64,000 bases of DNA from Torpedo marmorata (taxonomy: Eukaryota): positions 64,852,001 to 64,916,000 of the forward strand of contig OZ360227.1 of the NCBI GenBank assembly GCA_977017645.1, given 5' to 3'. Both the position numbers and the translations under genes were made by a program. The notes under the pieces were generated by a model. That model saw only the letters and a program-made list of their open reading frames with translations, was not told where the DNA came from and did not search any database. This document shows, in pieces, positions 62,793 through 64,000 of the stretch (its first letter is position 1; the number at the start of each line of letters is the position of its first letter).

Positions 62793-62925
62793 TTCGGACG
62801 CCTGCCGGCATTTTCTCATACTTTGATGAAGTGCTCAAGCCCGAAACGTTGGTTATGTATTTCTACCTTTGCTACATAAAAGACACTGTTTGACCTGCTG
62901 AGTTTCTCCAGCATTTTTGTTTTTT
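62793..62925 (+). mobile_element. Solo Penelope-derived terminal fragment with hammerhead motif
   Basis: Near-identical to 55361-55495. Confidence 0.85.
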
Positions 62926-63575
62926 ATTTAAAATATTTTTCCTGTGTTTAATTGCCATTCTTCGAACACCTTTCAGTCTAAAAGAGGGCTGTGTTACTTC
63001 AATTCTGTCCTTTGTTGAAGTTCCATGATTTCTTTTTTTCCCACCACTGGCAACCACGTTGTCAATTATCTGGATGTTAAGGATATAAATTCCCACCTAA
63101 ACCTCTATATCAGTAGAGCACTCAATTAAAACTTATTTGACCAAACTTTTTATCACCTAATCTAATATCTTCTTAGTGGCTCAGTTTCAAGTGCCATCAA
63201 AATTGTCTCCAGTGAGACAATTTATCACCTTAAAAAGGTGATGTAAATATATGTAGTTGGTTTTGAGGTTTTTGAAAACAGATGGTAGGTGTTCAGGGAT
63301 TGGTTACAAGGATGTGAGGATGAGGCCAGGAATAAGGAAGGAACATAAATCAAAACAATAGTGAGCAATATATTTTCATGAAATGTTCTAATAATGAGTA
63401 TTTGCAACATGGAAGCTTTAATAAATATTTATTAAAAGGAATCAGTTACTCTGTGTAAAAGTGCCCATGGTTCTTGACCTATGCAATTCCAGACAATACC
63501 ACAGGGTGAAAGGACACTGAAATAGCTCTGTTTTTAGTCTTTGGTTTGATTTCCTTTTTTTGGTTAGATTTTTTG

Positions 63576-63860
63576 GGGTGGCACGGTTGGCATAGCGGTT
63601 AGCGCAACGCCTTTACAGCGCTAGCGATCGGGACCGGGGTTTGAATCCTGCGCTGTCTGTAAGGAGTTTGTACGTTCTCCCTGTGCCTGCGTGGGTTTTC
63701 CCCGGGGGCTCCAGTTTCCTCCCACCATTCGAAACATACTGGGGGTGTAGGTTAATTGGGTATAAATTGGGCGACACGGACTCGTGGGCCAAAATGGCCT
63801 GTTACTGTGCTGTATAAAAAAAAATTGTATAAAAAATATAAATAAATAAATAAAATTAAA
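63576..63860 (+). mobile_element. tRNA-derived V-SINE
   Basis: GGCACGGTTGGCATAGCGGTTAGCGC...GGTTTGAATCC head, central conserved domain, A-rich tail. Confidence 0.87.
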
Positions 63861-64000
63861 TATAAATTTCCACTTTGCACGACGACAAGAGATCCCAAAA
63901 GGCCAAAGGAGACATAACTTGCATGAATTTTTGTTACATGTCTTATACCTCCCATCACCGTGTGACTTTATTTAAGTGACTATTATTATAAATGGTGTGC

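Overview
Vertebrate nuclear DNA, very probably a cartilaginous fish (inferred from V-SINE/HE1-like, CR1, Rex1/Babar and Penelope-like repeats and AT-rich fish-type L1s). It holds one complete host gene on the + strand, the PEA3-subfamily ETS factor ETV5: a CCAAT-rich promoter (~18.7-19.05 kb), a probable non-coding first exon, 12 coding exons from ATG 19748 to TGA 53090 (1503 nt, 500 aa; 502 aa with an alternative donor) and a 3' UTR to ~54.75 kb. The rest is transposon-rich: one full-length intact L1 (261-6137, 15-bp TSD), two young truncated copies of a second L1 lineage, a 3-kb non-autonomous hAT in an ETV5 intron, Tigger- and Charlie-like MITEs, and CR1, Rex1, SINE and Penelope remnants. 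The most interesting signals are: (1) variant minimal hammerhead-ribozyme motifs at the 3' ends of Penelope-derived repeats, the best copy lying in sense orientation just downstream of the ETV5 poly(A) signal; (2) a hAT cargo carrying a phased array of CGTGGGAA (RBPJ/CSL) sites plus an antisense-facing promoter-like block; (3) a cluster of promoter motifs embedded in the L1 ORF1 coding sequence. All coordinates were read by eye and no database searches were run.
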